A stretch of 22,431 nucleotides of DNA, from the IMG/VR virus record IMGVR_UViG_3300028584_001239; one strand, given 5' to 3'. Of this stretch, positions 1 through 8,955 are shown piece after piece (the stretch's first letter is position 1; each line of letters starts with the position of its first letter). This DNA is from a virus. Below the pieces are notes generated by a model. That model worked only from the letters and a program-made list of their open reading frames with translations, searched no databases and had not been told where the DNA came from. The translations under genes were made by a program, and so were the position numbers.

Positions 1-139
1 AAAATGAGGTTTTATTTTCTACCGGAAAATTAAAACTATAGTCTGATTGTTCTTTGAAAATAGGCGTAAGGTTATTTTCCATGCAAAAATTATGCAAGAC
101 ATCTGGATCATTTCTTATTTGTTCGAGTAATGTTGTCAT
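1..139 (-). CDS. 5' part of a hypothetical protein running off the window; paralog of 210..1412
   Basis: Translated by hand from ATG at 139: MTTLLEQIRNDPDVLHNFCMENNLTPIFKEQSDYSFNF. It resembles the N-terminus MTPTLDEISINPDLLRLFLIKKGLIEKVKDFPSFYFDY of the next gene. RBS AGGT at 147-150 and a promoter lie upstream. Confidence 0.75.
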   Translation of the reverse strand, partial: MTTLLEQIRNDPDVLHNFCMENNLTPIFKEQSDYSFNFPVENKTSF

Positions 140-165
140 TTTTTTTACCTTTATTTATACACATA

Positions 166-194
166 ATTATAACAAAATATATTAATAAAATCAA
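166..194 (-). promoter_or_regulatory. sigma70-type promoter with extended -10
   Basis: TTGATT (194-189), 17 bp spacer ending TG-T, TATAAT (171-166). Confidence 0.75.
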
Positions 195-209
195 TAATAA
201 ATTAATTTT

Positions 210-1412
210 TTACAACAATAACATCTCAATTACTTTCAGATCTCGAATCCAAATATTATGAGTTTCTGCTGATAATGACTTACAAATAGATGAAGTAATA
301 AAATCAAATTGTTTTTGATATAATTCTTGCATGGTAGATACTGTAAATGATTGTTCACTACCATCAATAAAATTTGTAAATTGCATCACTAGCTCTTTAC
401 CTAACTTAATTGAGTAATCACCAAATTCGAGGTCATAAAAAAATTCTTCATTTAAAATTCTGAATTTATTCATGTTAAATATATTATAACGAGCAAATGA
501 AAAATAAATTAATTTATCATTAGGGTTCATAATATTGTGGTAAAAAAATGTCATTGAAATAATCTGTATCAGAAAATTAATATCTTCTAAGCTCATTGAT
601 TTTTTAAGGAGACTTCTAAGTACAGAAATGCTATCAATATAAAAGTAAACATGATAATAGATATCGTTATCAACACTAAAAATATGTTCAGATTCTATAT
701 CGAGAATAAACTCTTTTAATTTTTTATTATTTTTAGAGACAACAGAGAGTGTTTGTTCATCAAAACATTCTAGAAAAGTCTGATTACAAACAGGAATGAC
801 ACTTAATTTATTAAATAGTCGATTAATTAAAATAGGAACACTTTCATTAAAGATTGAGTTAAAGACATCAATCGTGATGATTGAATCTTTTTTATTTAGA
901 TAACTGTCTAGTTTGTTTTTAAATTCAATAAGAACGCTTGAATACAGTGTCTCAAATTCAATGTTTTTTAGATTAACGGTTATGTAATTATTTGATAATC
1001 TAAAATCACTATTACTTTTTTTAAGAAGAACAAAACGATCATTAGATGAAGTAATAACAGGCTTGGTTACACTAATCTCGTATGAGTTTTCTTTTTCTAT
1101 TAAAGATCCATCATAGAAAAAATCCTCAATAAATCGAAAAAGAGAATCTAATTGATTAATTTCAGAACGACTCCATAGTGGAAAAACAATAGAATAAAAT
1201 AACTCTTCATTCTTGAATTTATAAGTGTAAATACCACCTCTACTAGCCATAAACTTAATGCAGTGCCCCCATAAAAATGAATTATCATTTTCAACCTTAT
1301 AATCAAAATAAAAAGAAGGGAAATCCTTAACTTTTTCTATTAATCCTTTTTTAATCAAGAAAAGACGTAATAGATCTGGATTAATTGATATTTCATCTAA
1401 GGTGGGTGTCAT
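210..1412 (-). CDS. hypothetical 400-aa protein, family B, with C-terminal Met(-4) motif
   Basis: Long ORF with blocks similar to 13079..14284 (FYSIVFP/FLEIVFP; LLKKSMSLEDINFLIQII/LLKSLIKEKDLDLMFQII). Ends LKVIEMLLL*. Confidence 0.85.
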   Translation of the reverse strand: MTPTLDEISINPDLLRLFLIKKGLIEKVKDFPSFYFDYKVENDNSFLWGHCIKFMASRGGIYTYKFKNEELFYSIVFPLWSRSEINQLDSLFRFIEDFFYDGSLIEKENSYEISVTKPVITSSNDRFVLLKKSNSDFRLSNNYITVNLKNIEFETLYSSVLIEFKNKLDSYLNKKDSIITIDVFNSIFNESVPILINRLFNKLSVIPVCNQTFLECFDEQTLSVVSKNNKKLKEFILDIESEHIFSVDNDIYYHVYFYIDSISVLRSLLKKSMSLEDINFLIQIISMTFFYHNIMNPNDKLIYFSFARYNIFNMNKFRILNEEFFYDLEFGDYSIKLGKELVMQFTNFIDGSEQSFTVSTMQELYQKQFDFITSSICKSLSAETHNIWIRDLKVIEMLLL

Positions 1413-1449
1413 TAAGTTTTCCTAAATTGAATGCATAATTTAAGTGATG

Positions 1450-1478
1450 AGTATATCAAAATAGAAAAAAATATTCAA
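1450..1478 (-). promoter_or_regulatory. sigma70-type promoter with extended -10
   Basis: TTGAAT-N17(TG-A)-TATACT. Confidence 0.75.
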
Positions 1479-1494
1479 TCACTATTTAGAAGAC

Positions 1495-1544
1495 AAACAA
1501 AAAAACCACACTGTTTTGTTGATAACAACAAAAAAATATGGTTT
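1495..1544 (-). terminator. probable intrinsic terminator (long imperfect hairpin) after the 3098->1566 operon
   Basis: aaacca...ttttgttg-ataa-caacaaaa...tggttt inverted repeat, followed on the minus strand by a T tract. Confidence 0.45.
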
Positions 1545-1565
1545 CTAAATTTCTGTAAAATTACA

Positions 1566-1826
1566 TTAAGTGGCTAATTTACTGGAAGCCTTTATTTCAA
1601 TATCATCAACACCAATTCGATAGATAATGGTAATGGCTTCCAGTCCCATTTTCCTTTCAATTGCCTGTTTCAAAAACTCTTCAATAATAGAAAAGCTACC
1701 ATAAGAAGATTTAAAGAAGCCTTCTTTTTCATAAGCAACAAAACAACCACTAACAGAGCTGGCAATCTTGCCAGTTGGCATTGTACAACCTAGCTCTGGA
1801 TCATAAATCAAAATCATTTTTTTCAA
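1566..1826 (-). CDS. hypothetical protein (~86 aa)
   Basis: The ORF track gives 1862, but a GGAGG RBS at 1833-1837 lies 6 nt before TTG at 1826 (ATG at 1817 is the alternative). This start removes the overlap with the upstream gene. Confidence 0.7.
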   Translation of the reverse strand: MKKMILIYDPELGCTMPTGKIASSVSGCFVAYEKEGFFKSSYGSFSIIEEFLKQAIERKMGLEAITIIYRIGVDDIEIKASSKLAT

Positions 1827-1840
1827 GGTTAACCTCCTTC

Positions 1841-2149
1841 TTAAAGCGTTTCCATACCACATTTTTTGGCTGCTGACTGTTCAATCAAATGGTCAAGCAC
1901 AACAACAAGATTACGACGACCACCGGCTTGAAAAGCTTCTTTGATATTATCAACAACCATGCTGACAACAGCCATACGGGCTGCATCAGTCGGTGTTGCT
2001 TCCAACAGACCATTCAGAAACTTCTTTTCACCAAACATATATTGAGTTAGCACATGTTGAATGCCTGTAGCACCTTTATCCATGATTGCTGCACTAATAA
2101 CGGTTGCAAATTCTTTTGCCGTAACTTCTTGGGTGTTAACTTTTGACAT
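1841..2149 (-). CDS. hypothetical protein (102 aa)
   Basis: ORF with AGGAG RBS, tightly packed in an operon. Confidence 0.8.
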   Translation of the reverse strand: MSKVNTQEVTAKEFATVISAAIMDKGATGIQHVLTQYMFGEKKFLNGLLEATPTDAARMAVVSMVVDNIKEAFQAGGRRNLVVVLDHLIEQSAAKKCGMETL

Positions 2150-2178
2150 AAATTCTCCTAATTTTTTAATTTAATTGA

Positions 2179-2610
2179 TTACTTCTTAATTCCGTATGTT
2201 TGGTAAGCATTCTTTTTGAATCGCCATTCTAACATAAATTTCTCAAATTTTCCTAGTTTTTTTGCGGTCATTTGATCAACTTTAACTTCAACTCGAATCC
2301 GAGTCTTCAAACGACCATTGACTTTTTTGGTGGCTTGCTTAATTTTACCATTAACCAGCATATCATATGTATCATCAACACGAGCATCATATTCAACATC
2401 AGTAACCAGAAAGTAATCTGAATGGTGATGTTTCGACTGCTCAAGTGTATTATTAGAAATAGTTGCACCGTAGCCATATTCACGCTTGACTGCAAACAAA
2501 ACTGCTTTTTCAAAATTAAGCGTATCAAACTCATAAGATGCATGACGGGTAAAGAGTTTCTTAAACTCTGTGTTCGCATCAATGTTTTGAATAGTGACTT
2601 TGGTTAACAT
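2179..2610 (-). CDS. hypothetical basic protein (143 aa)
   Basis: ORF starting 2 nt after the upstream stop. Confidence 0.8.
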   Translation of the reverse strand: MLTKVTIQNIDANTEFKKLFTRHASYEFDTLNFEKAVLFAVKREYGYGATISNNTLEQSKHHHSDYFLVTDVEYDARVDDTYDMLVNGKIKQATKKVNGRLKTRIRVEVKVDQMTAKKLGKFEKFMLEWRFKKNAYQTYGIKK

Positions 2611-2612
2611 GG

Positions 2613-3098
2613 TTATTTTACCTTAAAAGTTGATTTCAATTCTGGGTATTCATTTTCTATGTCATCAATACTAGCCTGATATTCGTCTAAAAGCAATGAC
2701 TGTTTCATTAAAAATTTCTGTTTGATAACAGAAAATGCAAAACTAAACGTTTCAGCGGAAGGCACTTTATTAACTGATGCTGGTTCCGTATATTCTGGAT
2801 AACTGTCTGCCACAATATCAAAAGGGGTCATTCGACCAAAAATTCGAGTATCTTTAACCGCTATCCAGTTTTCTTCAACAGGTTGATTAGCAAAAGCAAG
2901 TAACAAGCGATAAGTTTGCTCGGAGAGTGCCCCAAGTGAGTTGTGGCAGCCACTAAAACGACGATTGGTATTCGAATTATCAAGAATGAGTTCTTGATTA
3001 TTGAGCAATGCAGCTCTTTTCTCTAAAAGCTCAGCATAAAACTCAACAGTGGCAGAATCTATTTTGTGCCGAACTGGGAACTGTAGGACTTTTGACAT
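2613..3098 (-). CDS. hypothetical protein (161 aa)
   Basis: ORF with GGAG RBS and its own promoter. Confidence 0.8.
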   Translation of the reverse strand: MSKVLQFPVRHKIDSATVEFYAELLEKRAALLNNQELILDNSNTNRRFSGCHNSLGALSEQTYRLLLAFANQPVEENWIAVKDTRIFGRMTPFDIVADSYPEYTEPASVNKVPSAETFSFAFSVIKQKFLMKQSLLLDEYQASIDDIENEYPELKSTFKVK

Positions 3099-3127
3099 AC
3101 GTGGACTCCGGTTTTTTAATTTCGTTT

Positions 3128-3156
3128 ATTATATCATATTGGTCTATAATTTGAAA
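3128..3156 (-). promoter_or_regulatory. extended -10 sigma70 promoter
   Basis: TTTCAA-N17(TG-A)-TATAAT; the -35 is weak. Confidence 0.65.
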
Positions 3157-3177
3157 GATATATTTAGAAATCACGTT

Positions 3178-3927
3178 CTAAATATCGACCATTTGTTGAA
3201 CATTTATATATCGCAATAAGTCATCATAAGATAATAGTATAAGCTCATCTCTGCTCATGATATTCATTTTAAACCTTGTCTTATCCATATAGTAAAAAAG
3301 AAGTTCTTGAAATATTTTCAACCTTACTGTTTCTGTATACTGACATGGAATAACAACATTATTATAAGTGAAGTTAATACTGTTTTTGTTAAATTTTAAC
3401 AAAAGCTTTCCTTTACTATAAAACTTTGCCTTTGAGTCATGAGCATAAGCACCTACCATACATGTAGGATATTCACTGAGCGTCACAATCTCATATGCAT
3501 TTGTTTTATAAACGAGCGTTCCTGTAACGAAACAGAAAAACTCATAAAATAGTGCCACTTGATAATCAACCTTAAATGGAAAATCGTTGTTAATTTTATC
3601 AACTTCTAATAATTCTTTCTCTATATATTTTTTAGTGATATGTTCACTAATGGCATATAAGTCATCAGGGGCAATAGAAACAGAGAATGAAAGAACCTCG
3701 TCTTTTCTATCAGAATCAGGAACGACCTTAATTCCAAGAATATTAGCTTTTTTATCATGAACACAGGATATCAGATGTAAAGTAATTTCCTTGCCATCAA
3801 GAATTGCTGAAATAATATACTCAGGATAGCTTTGTTCCAATGCAACAACACTCATAAAACTATTACAAATAATATCATATTCACGTAATTTATTGATTAT
3901 TTGATTTTTTGCGTCATAACTAATCAT
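3178..3927 (-). CDS. hypothetical ~250-aa protein, family A (divergent member), with C-terminal Met(-4) motif
   Basis: GAGG RBS. N-terminal L.EY.I.C pattern shared with neighbours. Ends LSYDDLLRYINVQQMVDI*. Confidence 0.85.
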   Translation of the reverse strand: MISYDAKNQIINKLREYDIICNSFMSVVALEQSYPEYIISAILDGKEITLHLISCVHDKKANILGIKVVPDSDRKDEVLSFSVSIAPDDLYAISEHITKKYIEKELLEVDKINNDFPFKVDYQVALFYEFFCFVTGTLVYKTNAYEIVTLSEYPTCMVGAYAHDSKAKFYSKGKLLLKFNKNSINFTYNNVVIPCQYTETVRLKIFQELLFYYMDKTRFKMNIMSRDELILLSYDDLLRYINVQQMVDI

Positions 3928-3944
3928 TTATTGACCTCGTTTTT

Positions 3945-4763
3945 TTAAATTTCTGCCATTTTCTGGACTTCTATGTATTTTAAGAAATCATCAATATCCA
4001 ACTCACGTAATTCTTCTTTTGACATGTCTTCAATCTTAAAATCAAAAAGTTTTGAATAAGTAAAAAATATTTCTTGAAATGCATCTTTTTCAAAACATTT
4101 TAATGTATCTGGATTGATGGGCAGTAGAGGTTCTGTATTATAGGCTGACGAAGTGGCTTTTATTCCTGTAACATAGTTAAATTGTTCACCAAATATAAAG
4201 AAATTAAACAATACTTCATTTGCAGGTGCGGCACGTTTAGGGTGAACAAATGAACTACACAGGTTTCCTACAAAATAAGGGGTTTCACTAATGGTTTTAA
4301 TATTAAACCAACCCTTATCTTTTGTCATCATGCCCACAATAGGGATGATTTTTGTATACAACATATAATACTTGCTATCAATACCTAGAGAAAACTGCTT
4401 ATTGATAGTATTCATTGAACTAACAATAGGGTTATCATACATGCGGTCGGATAGACTTCGAACTAAGTCTGTATTTTTAGAATCAATCTGAATCGTAAAG
4501 TCATAATCATCAATAAATTCATCCGCTTCAATATCAGACTGAATGGTACCAAACACCACATTAGTCCTCAGTACCGTTGGGTAACGCATGTGGCGAGAAA
4601 TAGTCAACAACATTTCAAAACCTTTATTTTCACAAACACAAATTAAGGTGAAATAAAAATAGTTATAGGCATTTTCCTGAGCTTGAACAATTCTGTGACA
4701 ATCAATGTTATATCGCTCTTTTAATAGCTCTTTGAGCTGTTTCTTACATTTATCAGTCAGCAT
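3945..4763 (-). CDS. hypothetical 272-aa protein, family A (divergent member), with C-terminal Met(-4) motif
   Basis: GAGGTG RBS. Ends LDIDDFLKYIEVQKMAEI*. Shares MS(K/R)(E/D)EL with 3178..3927. Confidence 0.85.
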   Translation of the reverse strand: MLTDKCKKQLKELLKERYNIDCHRIVQAQENAYNYFYFTLICVCENKGFEMLLTISRHMRYPTVLRTNVVFGTIQSDIEADEFIDDYDFTIQIDSKNTDLVRSLSDRMYDNPIVSSMNTINKQFSLGIDSKYYMLYTKIIPIVGMMTKDKGWFNIKTISETPYFVGNLCSSFVHPKRAAPANEVLFNFFIFGEQFNYVTGIKATSSAYNTEPLLPINPDTLKCFEKDAFQEIFFTYSKLFDFKIEDMSKEELRELDIDDFLKYIEVQKMAEI

Positions 4764-4786
4764 AACAAAACACCTCTTTAAAATTG

Positions 4787-5536
4787 TTAAATATTATTCA
4801 TTTGTTGAACCATTAAATAATCCAGAAGGGTTTCATAAGATAACGAAATAAACTCTTCTGGTTTCAATATGATCGTGATCTCAGTAAGTCTTGAATAAGA
4901 AAACATATACTCACGTATCAATATTTTTTTAAAAGCATCAAGATCCAAACTAGAGAAAAAATTGGAGCCAGCTAGAACACTAATAGTGTTATTAGAATTA
5001 TAAAATATTTTTGTTACACAAGATAGTTGTTCTTTACAATCTACAACACTATAGGAAAACTCAAGCAGACTATTGTCGATAATTTGGTCTTCTTGTTTGG
5101 GTGATATATCAAGAGACACAGCAAATGCAGGTGTAGCATTAATTTTTATATTATTGAAAAACTTTCCATCAAAAGAAAAATTGCCAATCGCAATATGAAA
5201 ACGATTATAAATGCTCCGAATAGTTCGGTCAAAATGTTCGCTAACATAATCATCAATTTCTTTAACAGCATTAGAATATTTGTTATCTTTTAAAATGTAA
5301 TCCATAAATTTGCGAGTGTTCCCATCAAAAGAACCGGTAATATCAAAAGAATAATCATTACCTTTCTTGCAAGAAATATTTAAAGATCCGCCCCAATTAA
5401 CATTGTCTAAGTGTCCGTTTAATTTATATCGAGTATAATAAATATTTTCGTCATGCTCCATAGTGATAGAGTTAACACCATAACTATCCAACAATGCCTG
5501 CCTAATAATATTTTGAAATTCAATAGTCAATTTCAT
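4787..5536 (-). CDS. hypothetical 249-aa protein, family A, with C-terminal Met(-4) motif
   Basis: Full-length similarity to the 6030, 6939 and 8173 ORFs (G.LN, F.I.G.F, IN.TP, FKK.L.REYM..YS.LT). Ends LSYETLLDYLMVQQMNNI*. Confidence 0.85.
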   Translation of the reverse strand: MKLTIEFQNIIRQALLDSYGVNSITMEHDENIYYTRYKLNGHLDNVNWGGSLNISCKKGNDYSFDITGSFDGNTRKFMDYILKDNKYSNAVKEIDDYVSEHFDRTIRSIYNRFHIAIGNFSFDGKFFNNIKINATPAFAVSLDISPKQEDQIIDNSLLEFSYSVVDCKEQLSCVTKIFYNSNNTISVLAGSNFFSSLDLDAFKKILIREYMFSYSRLTEITIILKPEEFISLSYETLLDYLMVQQMNNI

Positions 5537-5546
5537 TTTAAAATAC

Positions 5547-5948
5547 TCAGCCCCAAGCCTTTTTTAGTCGTTCAAGAATCAAAGATAAAGATTCATGACA
5601 ACTATCTTTTGCTTTTTGCTTCAAATCATCCTGAATATTTTGACTAAAATATGATTCTAAGAAATTAATATATTCATCCGATGCATGATTATCAAGAGCC
5701 TTATACAAGGTGCTAAAATAAATAGAATCAAAACTACCTGAATGGTCAGTTTGTTCAGAAGTTTCCTTATCAAGATTAGCTGCAATAGAATCAGCCGTAT
5801 CCTGAGCATAGATAGCAGATAGGGAGACTTGATCTTGGGTCAATAATGATTCTAATTTTTGAATAGCTAATGGTTTGGTTTCAATATTTAGACTATTTAA
5901 AAGATGTCTAGCATAATGAGTCTGTACAATTTGGTCAGTATTTAGCAT
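5547..5948 (-). CDS. small acidic hypothetical protein (133 aa), paralog of 7682..8095
   Basis: QTHYARHLL..IQKLESLLTQDQV versus QMHYVNQLF..IKDLESRLTLEQI; lies directly upstream of a family A gene. Confidence 0.8.
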   Translation of the reverse strand: MLNTDQIVQTHYARHLLNSLNIETKPLAIQKLESLLTQDQVSLSAIYAQDTADSIAANLDKETSEQTDHSGSFDSIYFSTLYKALDNHASDEYINFLESYFSQNIQDDLKQKAKDSCHESLSLILERLKKAWG

Positions 5949-5990
5949 GATAGGATTCCTAAATTAAATTGTATTATTTTTGAATAGCTT

Positions 5991-6019
5991 ATTCTAACAT
6001 AATATGACTTTTTAATCAA
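5991..6019 (-). promoter_or_regulatory. extended -10 sigma70 promoter
   Basis: TTGATT-N17(TG-T)-TAGAAT. Confidence 0.75.
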
Positions 6020-6029
6020 ATATTGACGA

Positions 6030-6785
6030 TTAAGAAATATCTTGCATTTTTTGAACGGTCAAATAATCAATAATGTGATCATAGCTTAACGTGTTAAATT
6101 CATCGACACTTAATATGTTAGGCGTTTCAGTTAGTTTAGAATACGCTTGCATATATTCACGAACCAACCTTTTCTTAAACAGTTCTAAATCAACATTATT
6201 ATCATCTACATCAACGGGACTGCAGAACCCCGTATCATTTTTGAAACCATGATCAGGTGTTGTTCTGTAGTTGAAATGAGTTTTATCATCTTTAACAAAG
6301 AAAGAATACTCCAAAAGATTACCATCAATGTATTTATCAGTGGAAGATGATACAATTCTAAGACTACCAGTAGAAGAAGGTGTCATGTTTATGATGATAT
6401 TGGTGATTGAACGTCGTCTACACAAAAAGCTACCAGTACCAATCCAAAAACGACCGATATGATTTTCTATGACTCGGCCAAAATTAAAAGTCAAAAAATT
6501 ATTAACTTCTTTAATAGCTTGAAGATAGCTGTTGTTTTTAGTGAGACTTTCACCAAAAGCATTCCGGTCATGAATAAGCCATCCAGTAACAGTAAAATTA
6601 TAGTGTCCATCTTCTTGTACAAAGAGATTTAAGGAACCTGTAAATGGAGATTTCTCAATATGGCCTTGAAAGGCGTAACGAAGACTTCCGTTCATTTCAA
6701 CTTTTTCCATCCAAAGACATTCAACATTGTAGGTGTCCCACAATGTTTGCATGAACAGTTTTTTGAATTCTTTTGTTAAAATCAT
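6030..6785 (-). CDS. hypothetical 251-aa protein, family A, with C-terminal motif
   Basis: Close paralog of 6939..7685 (INMTPSSTG; ILSVD.FN.LSY.HIIDYL.VQ.MQ.I). Confidence 0.85.
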   Translation of the reverse strand: MILTKEFKKLFMQTLWDTYNVECLWMEKVEMNGSLRYAFQGHIEKSPFTGSLNLFVQEDGHYNFTVTGWLIHDRNAFGESLTKNNSYLQAIKEVNNFLTFNFGRVIENHIGRFWIGTGSFLCRRRSITNIIINMTPSSTGSLRIVSSSTDKYIDGNLLEYSFFVKDDKTHFNYRTTPDHGFKNDTGFCSPVDVDDNNVDLELFKKRLVREYMQAYSKLTETPNILSVDEFNTLSYDHIIDYLTVQKMQDIS

Positions 6786-6847
6786 AGTGAAATTTCATTT
6801 TTTTGATGTCTAAAATCAGACAGTTTATATTGTTCAGTCTTCATCAT
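6782..6847 (-). pseudogene. 21-codon mini-ORF, probable deletion remnant of the small partner gene or a leader peptide
   Basis: MMKTEQYKLSDFRHQKNEISL*. Its TGA overlaps the ATG of 6030..6785 (ATGA), exactly as 7682..8095 does with 6939..7685. It occupies the same position in the cassette. Confidence 0.45.
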
Positions 6848-6894
6848 AAGTTACCCAATATAGTTTAAGATTAATAGGTTATTTTCAATGGCCT

Positions 6895-6923
6895 ATTGTA
6901 TCATAAGTCATTCTTTTAATCAA
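6895..6923 (-). promoter_or_regulatory. extended -10 sigma70 promoter
   Basis: TTGATT-N17(TG-A)-TACAAT. The flank tttaatcaaactattta is repeated at 8152-8168. Confidence 0.75.
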
Positions 6924-6938
6924 ACTATTTAAACATTA

Positions 6939-7685
6939 TCAAATCTCTTGCATTTGTTGAACTATAAGATAATCAATAATATGTTGATAACTTAATATGT
7001 TGAAATCATCCACACTTAAGATACTAGGTGTGTTATTGAGTTTAGAGTATGTAGACATATATCCACGTACCAAACTTTTTTTAAATTGCTCTAAATCAAC
7101 AAGCGTATCAGTGGCATTGACTTCAATGATTGAATCATCAAGATAAATTTTGTAATCAAAGCTGAGTTTATTATCTTTTTCAAGAAAAGAATAATTTAAA
7201 AAATTCAAGCCATGATATTTATAATCAGATGACAAAATAATTTTAAGCTTACCAGTTGAAGAAGGTGTCATATTAATGACAATATTGTTGATTACACCTC
7301 TCTGATAACATAAATTACCTGAACCGATCAATGCCCAACCAATCTGATTATCTATACGTTTGTCAAAATTTGAAGTTAACCAACCACTCACTTCTTCGAT
7401 GGCTTGTAGGTAGCGGTTATTTTTTGTAATAGATTCCATAAAATCCTGACATTTATTTGAAAACCAACCTGAAATAGTGAAAGAACAGTCTCCATTATTA
7501 AGTAAAAAGAAATTTAAAGCTCCCGAAAATGGTAAATTATCAAGATAACCGTTAAATGAATGACGAATAAAATAGGTGTTTTCAACTCGCTCCATTCCAC
7601 TTTTCTCAATTGAAATACACTTTACATTGTAAGTTTCCAACAATGATTGAGTAATTTTTTCCTTAAATTCATTGCTTAAGTTCAT
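6939..7685 (-). CDS. hypothetical 248-aa protein, family A, with C-terminal Met(-4) motif
   Basis: Paralog of 6030..6785. Ends HIIDYLIVQQMQEI*. Confidence 0.85.
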   Translation of the reverse strand: MNLSNEFKEKITQSLLETYNVKCISIEKSGMERVENTYFIRHSFNGYLDNLPFSGALNFFLLNNGDCSFTISGWFSNKCQDFMESITKNNRYLQAIEEVSGWLTSNFDKRIDNQIGWALIGSGNLCYQRGVINNIVINMTPSSTGKLKIILSSDYKYHGLNFLNYSFLEKDNKLSFDYKIYLDDSIIEVNATDTLVDLEQFKKSLVRGYMSTYSKLNNTPSILSVDDFNILSYQHIIDYLIVQQMQEI

Positions 7686-8095
7686 TCGAAATCCTGTTTA
7701 GCGGCTGAAAAAAGCTGATCAAACTCTAAAGACCTCGCATTTTTTTGTGAGGCAATGAGCATAAAACCATCGAGAGCCTTTTGAGTAAAGTTCATTTCAA
7801 GTAATTTAATAAAGGCAACAACTGAATCATCATCGACAGTATTAAGTAAATTCTCACAATAAAGAAAATTTAGATTGGCGGATTGATGAGATTGATTGTC
7901 TTCACCTAAATGATGAGAAAGCAAGAGCGAATTCACGTTAGACAGAATAGAATAAATTTGTTCAGAAGTTTGCTTAGATTCTTCAATTTGTTCTAGGGTT
8001 AATCGAGATTCCAAATCTTTGATCATGAATTGTTGCATATCTTCTGGCAATCCAAAAAACAGTTGGTTTACATAATGCATTTGAGTTTCTGTCAT
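7682..8095 (-). CDS. small acidic hypothetical protein (137 aa), paralog of 5547..5948
   Basis: AAGGTG RBS. ATGA overlap suggests translational coupling to 6939..7685. Confidence 0.8.
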   Translation of the reverse strand: MTETQMHYVNQLFFGLPEDMQQFMIKDLESRLTLEQIEESKQTSEQIYSILSNVNSLLLSHHLGEDNQSHQSANLNFLYCENLLNTVDDDSVVAFIKLLEMNFTQKALDGFMLIASQKNARSLEFDQLFSAAKQDFE

Positions 8096-8131
8096 GTTTA
8101 TTCACCTTAATTGGGGTTGATGAGAGTGATT

Positions 8132-8160
8132 ATTTTACCACAAAACACATCTTTAATCAA
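8132..8160 (-). promoter_or_regulatory. extended -10 sigma70 promoter
   Basis: TTGATT-N17(TG-G)-TAAAAT. Confidence 0.75.
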
Positions 8161-8172
8161 ACTATTTATCTC

Positions 8173-8919
8173 TTATACAATGTCATTCATAGACTGAATT
8201 TTAAGATGGTCAAGTATTACCCCATAAGACAAAGTATCAAAGTTTTCAATTGGCAATAATAATCTATTCTTTGTAATTCTAGAATAGCGGCTCATATACT
8301 CTCTTAATAATGTTTTTTTAAACTCATCAAGATCATCGTGCTCATTTAATTTTTTCATGGTTAAACAAGCTGGAAGTTGATACTGAATCTGCTTTAAATC
8401 ATTTTTTGTTCTATACGAGACAAAAAGCAAATCAGTATTATCGTCTACTTTACTTTCTTTATCATGAAGTTTTCGACCAATTGAAAGGTTAACATAAAAA
8501 TCAGGCGTCATGTCAATTTTTAATTGCTCAATTTGATCATTGGTATAGAAAAAATCACCAACGCCTATATAAAAAGATTTGTAAATAAAAGGTATTTTTC
8601 GAGAAAATTGGTCAATAACAAATTGGTTAATCTCATACATTGCAATAAATAAAGGATTAGTAGATAAAATATGCTTAATAAAATCATCATGAATTTCACC
8701 AACAAAACGCCCAGAAATATAAAATGAGAAATTATTTTCAATGGAACGGCTTTTCAAAATATCAAGAGAACCTAAAAAATCTCGATCATTAAGACTTCCT
8801 TTTAATCGCAAAAAAACATCATGTGAAGTAAAAGAATCAAGAGAAATTTCACATTTTATACCGTATGTATCAAATAAAGATTTCTTAACTGCACTCATAA
8901 AATCATCGGTAAGTTTCAT
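8173..8919 (-). CDS. hypothetical ~248-aa protein, family A, with C-terminal motif
   Basis: Probable start ATG 8919 (MKLTDDF, like the paralog MKLTIEF; GGGGA RBS). Ends LSYGVILDHLKIQSMNDIV*. Confidence 0.85.
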   Translation of the reverse strand: MKLTDDFMSAVKKSLFDTYGIKCEISLDSFTSHDVFLRLKGSLNDRDFLGSLDILKSRSIENNFSFYISGRFVGEIHDDFIKHILSTNPLFIAMYEINQFVIDQFSRKIPFIYKSFYIGVGDFFYTNDQIEQLKIDMTPDFYVNLSIGRKLHDKESKVDDNTDLLFVSYRTKNDLKQIQYQLPACLTMKKLNEHDDLDEFKKTLLREYMSRYSRITKNRLLLPIENFDTLSYGVILDHLKIQSMNDIV

Positions 8920-8955
8920 TAAAATCCCCAAGTATTAAAGTATTTTTCAATAACG

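Noticed and set aside
1841-2149. C-terminus KKCGMETL* has Met at -4 like the tail motif
   Set aside because: It lacks the hydrophobic residue at M-3 (Lys here) and the protein is much smaller than the other carriers, so it is probably a chance match.
3178-8919. Possible diversity-generating retroelement or CRISPR-like repeat behind the paralog array
   Set aside because: No reverse transcriptase, no near-identical template/variable repeat pair with adenine-specific differences, and no regularly spaced short direct repeats were seen.
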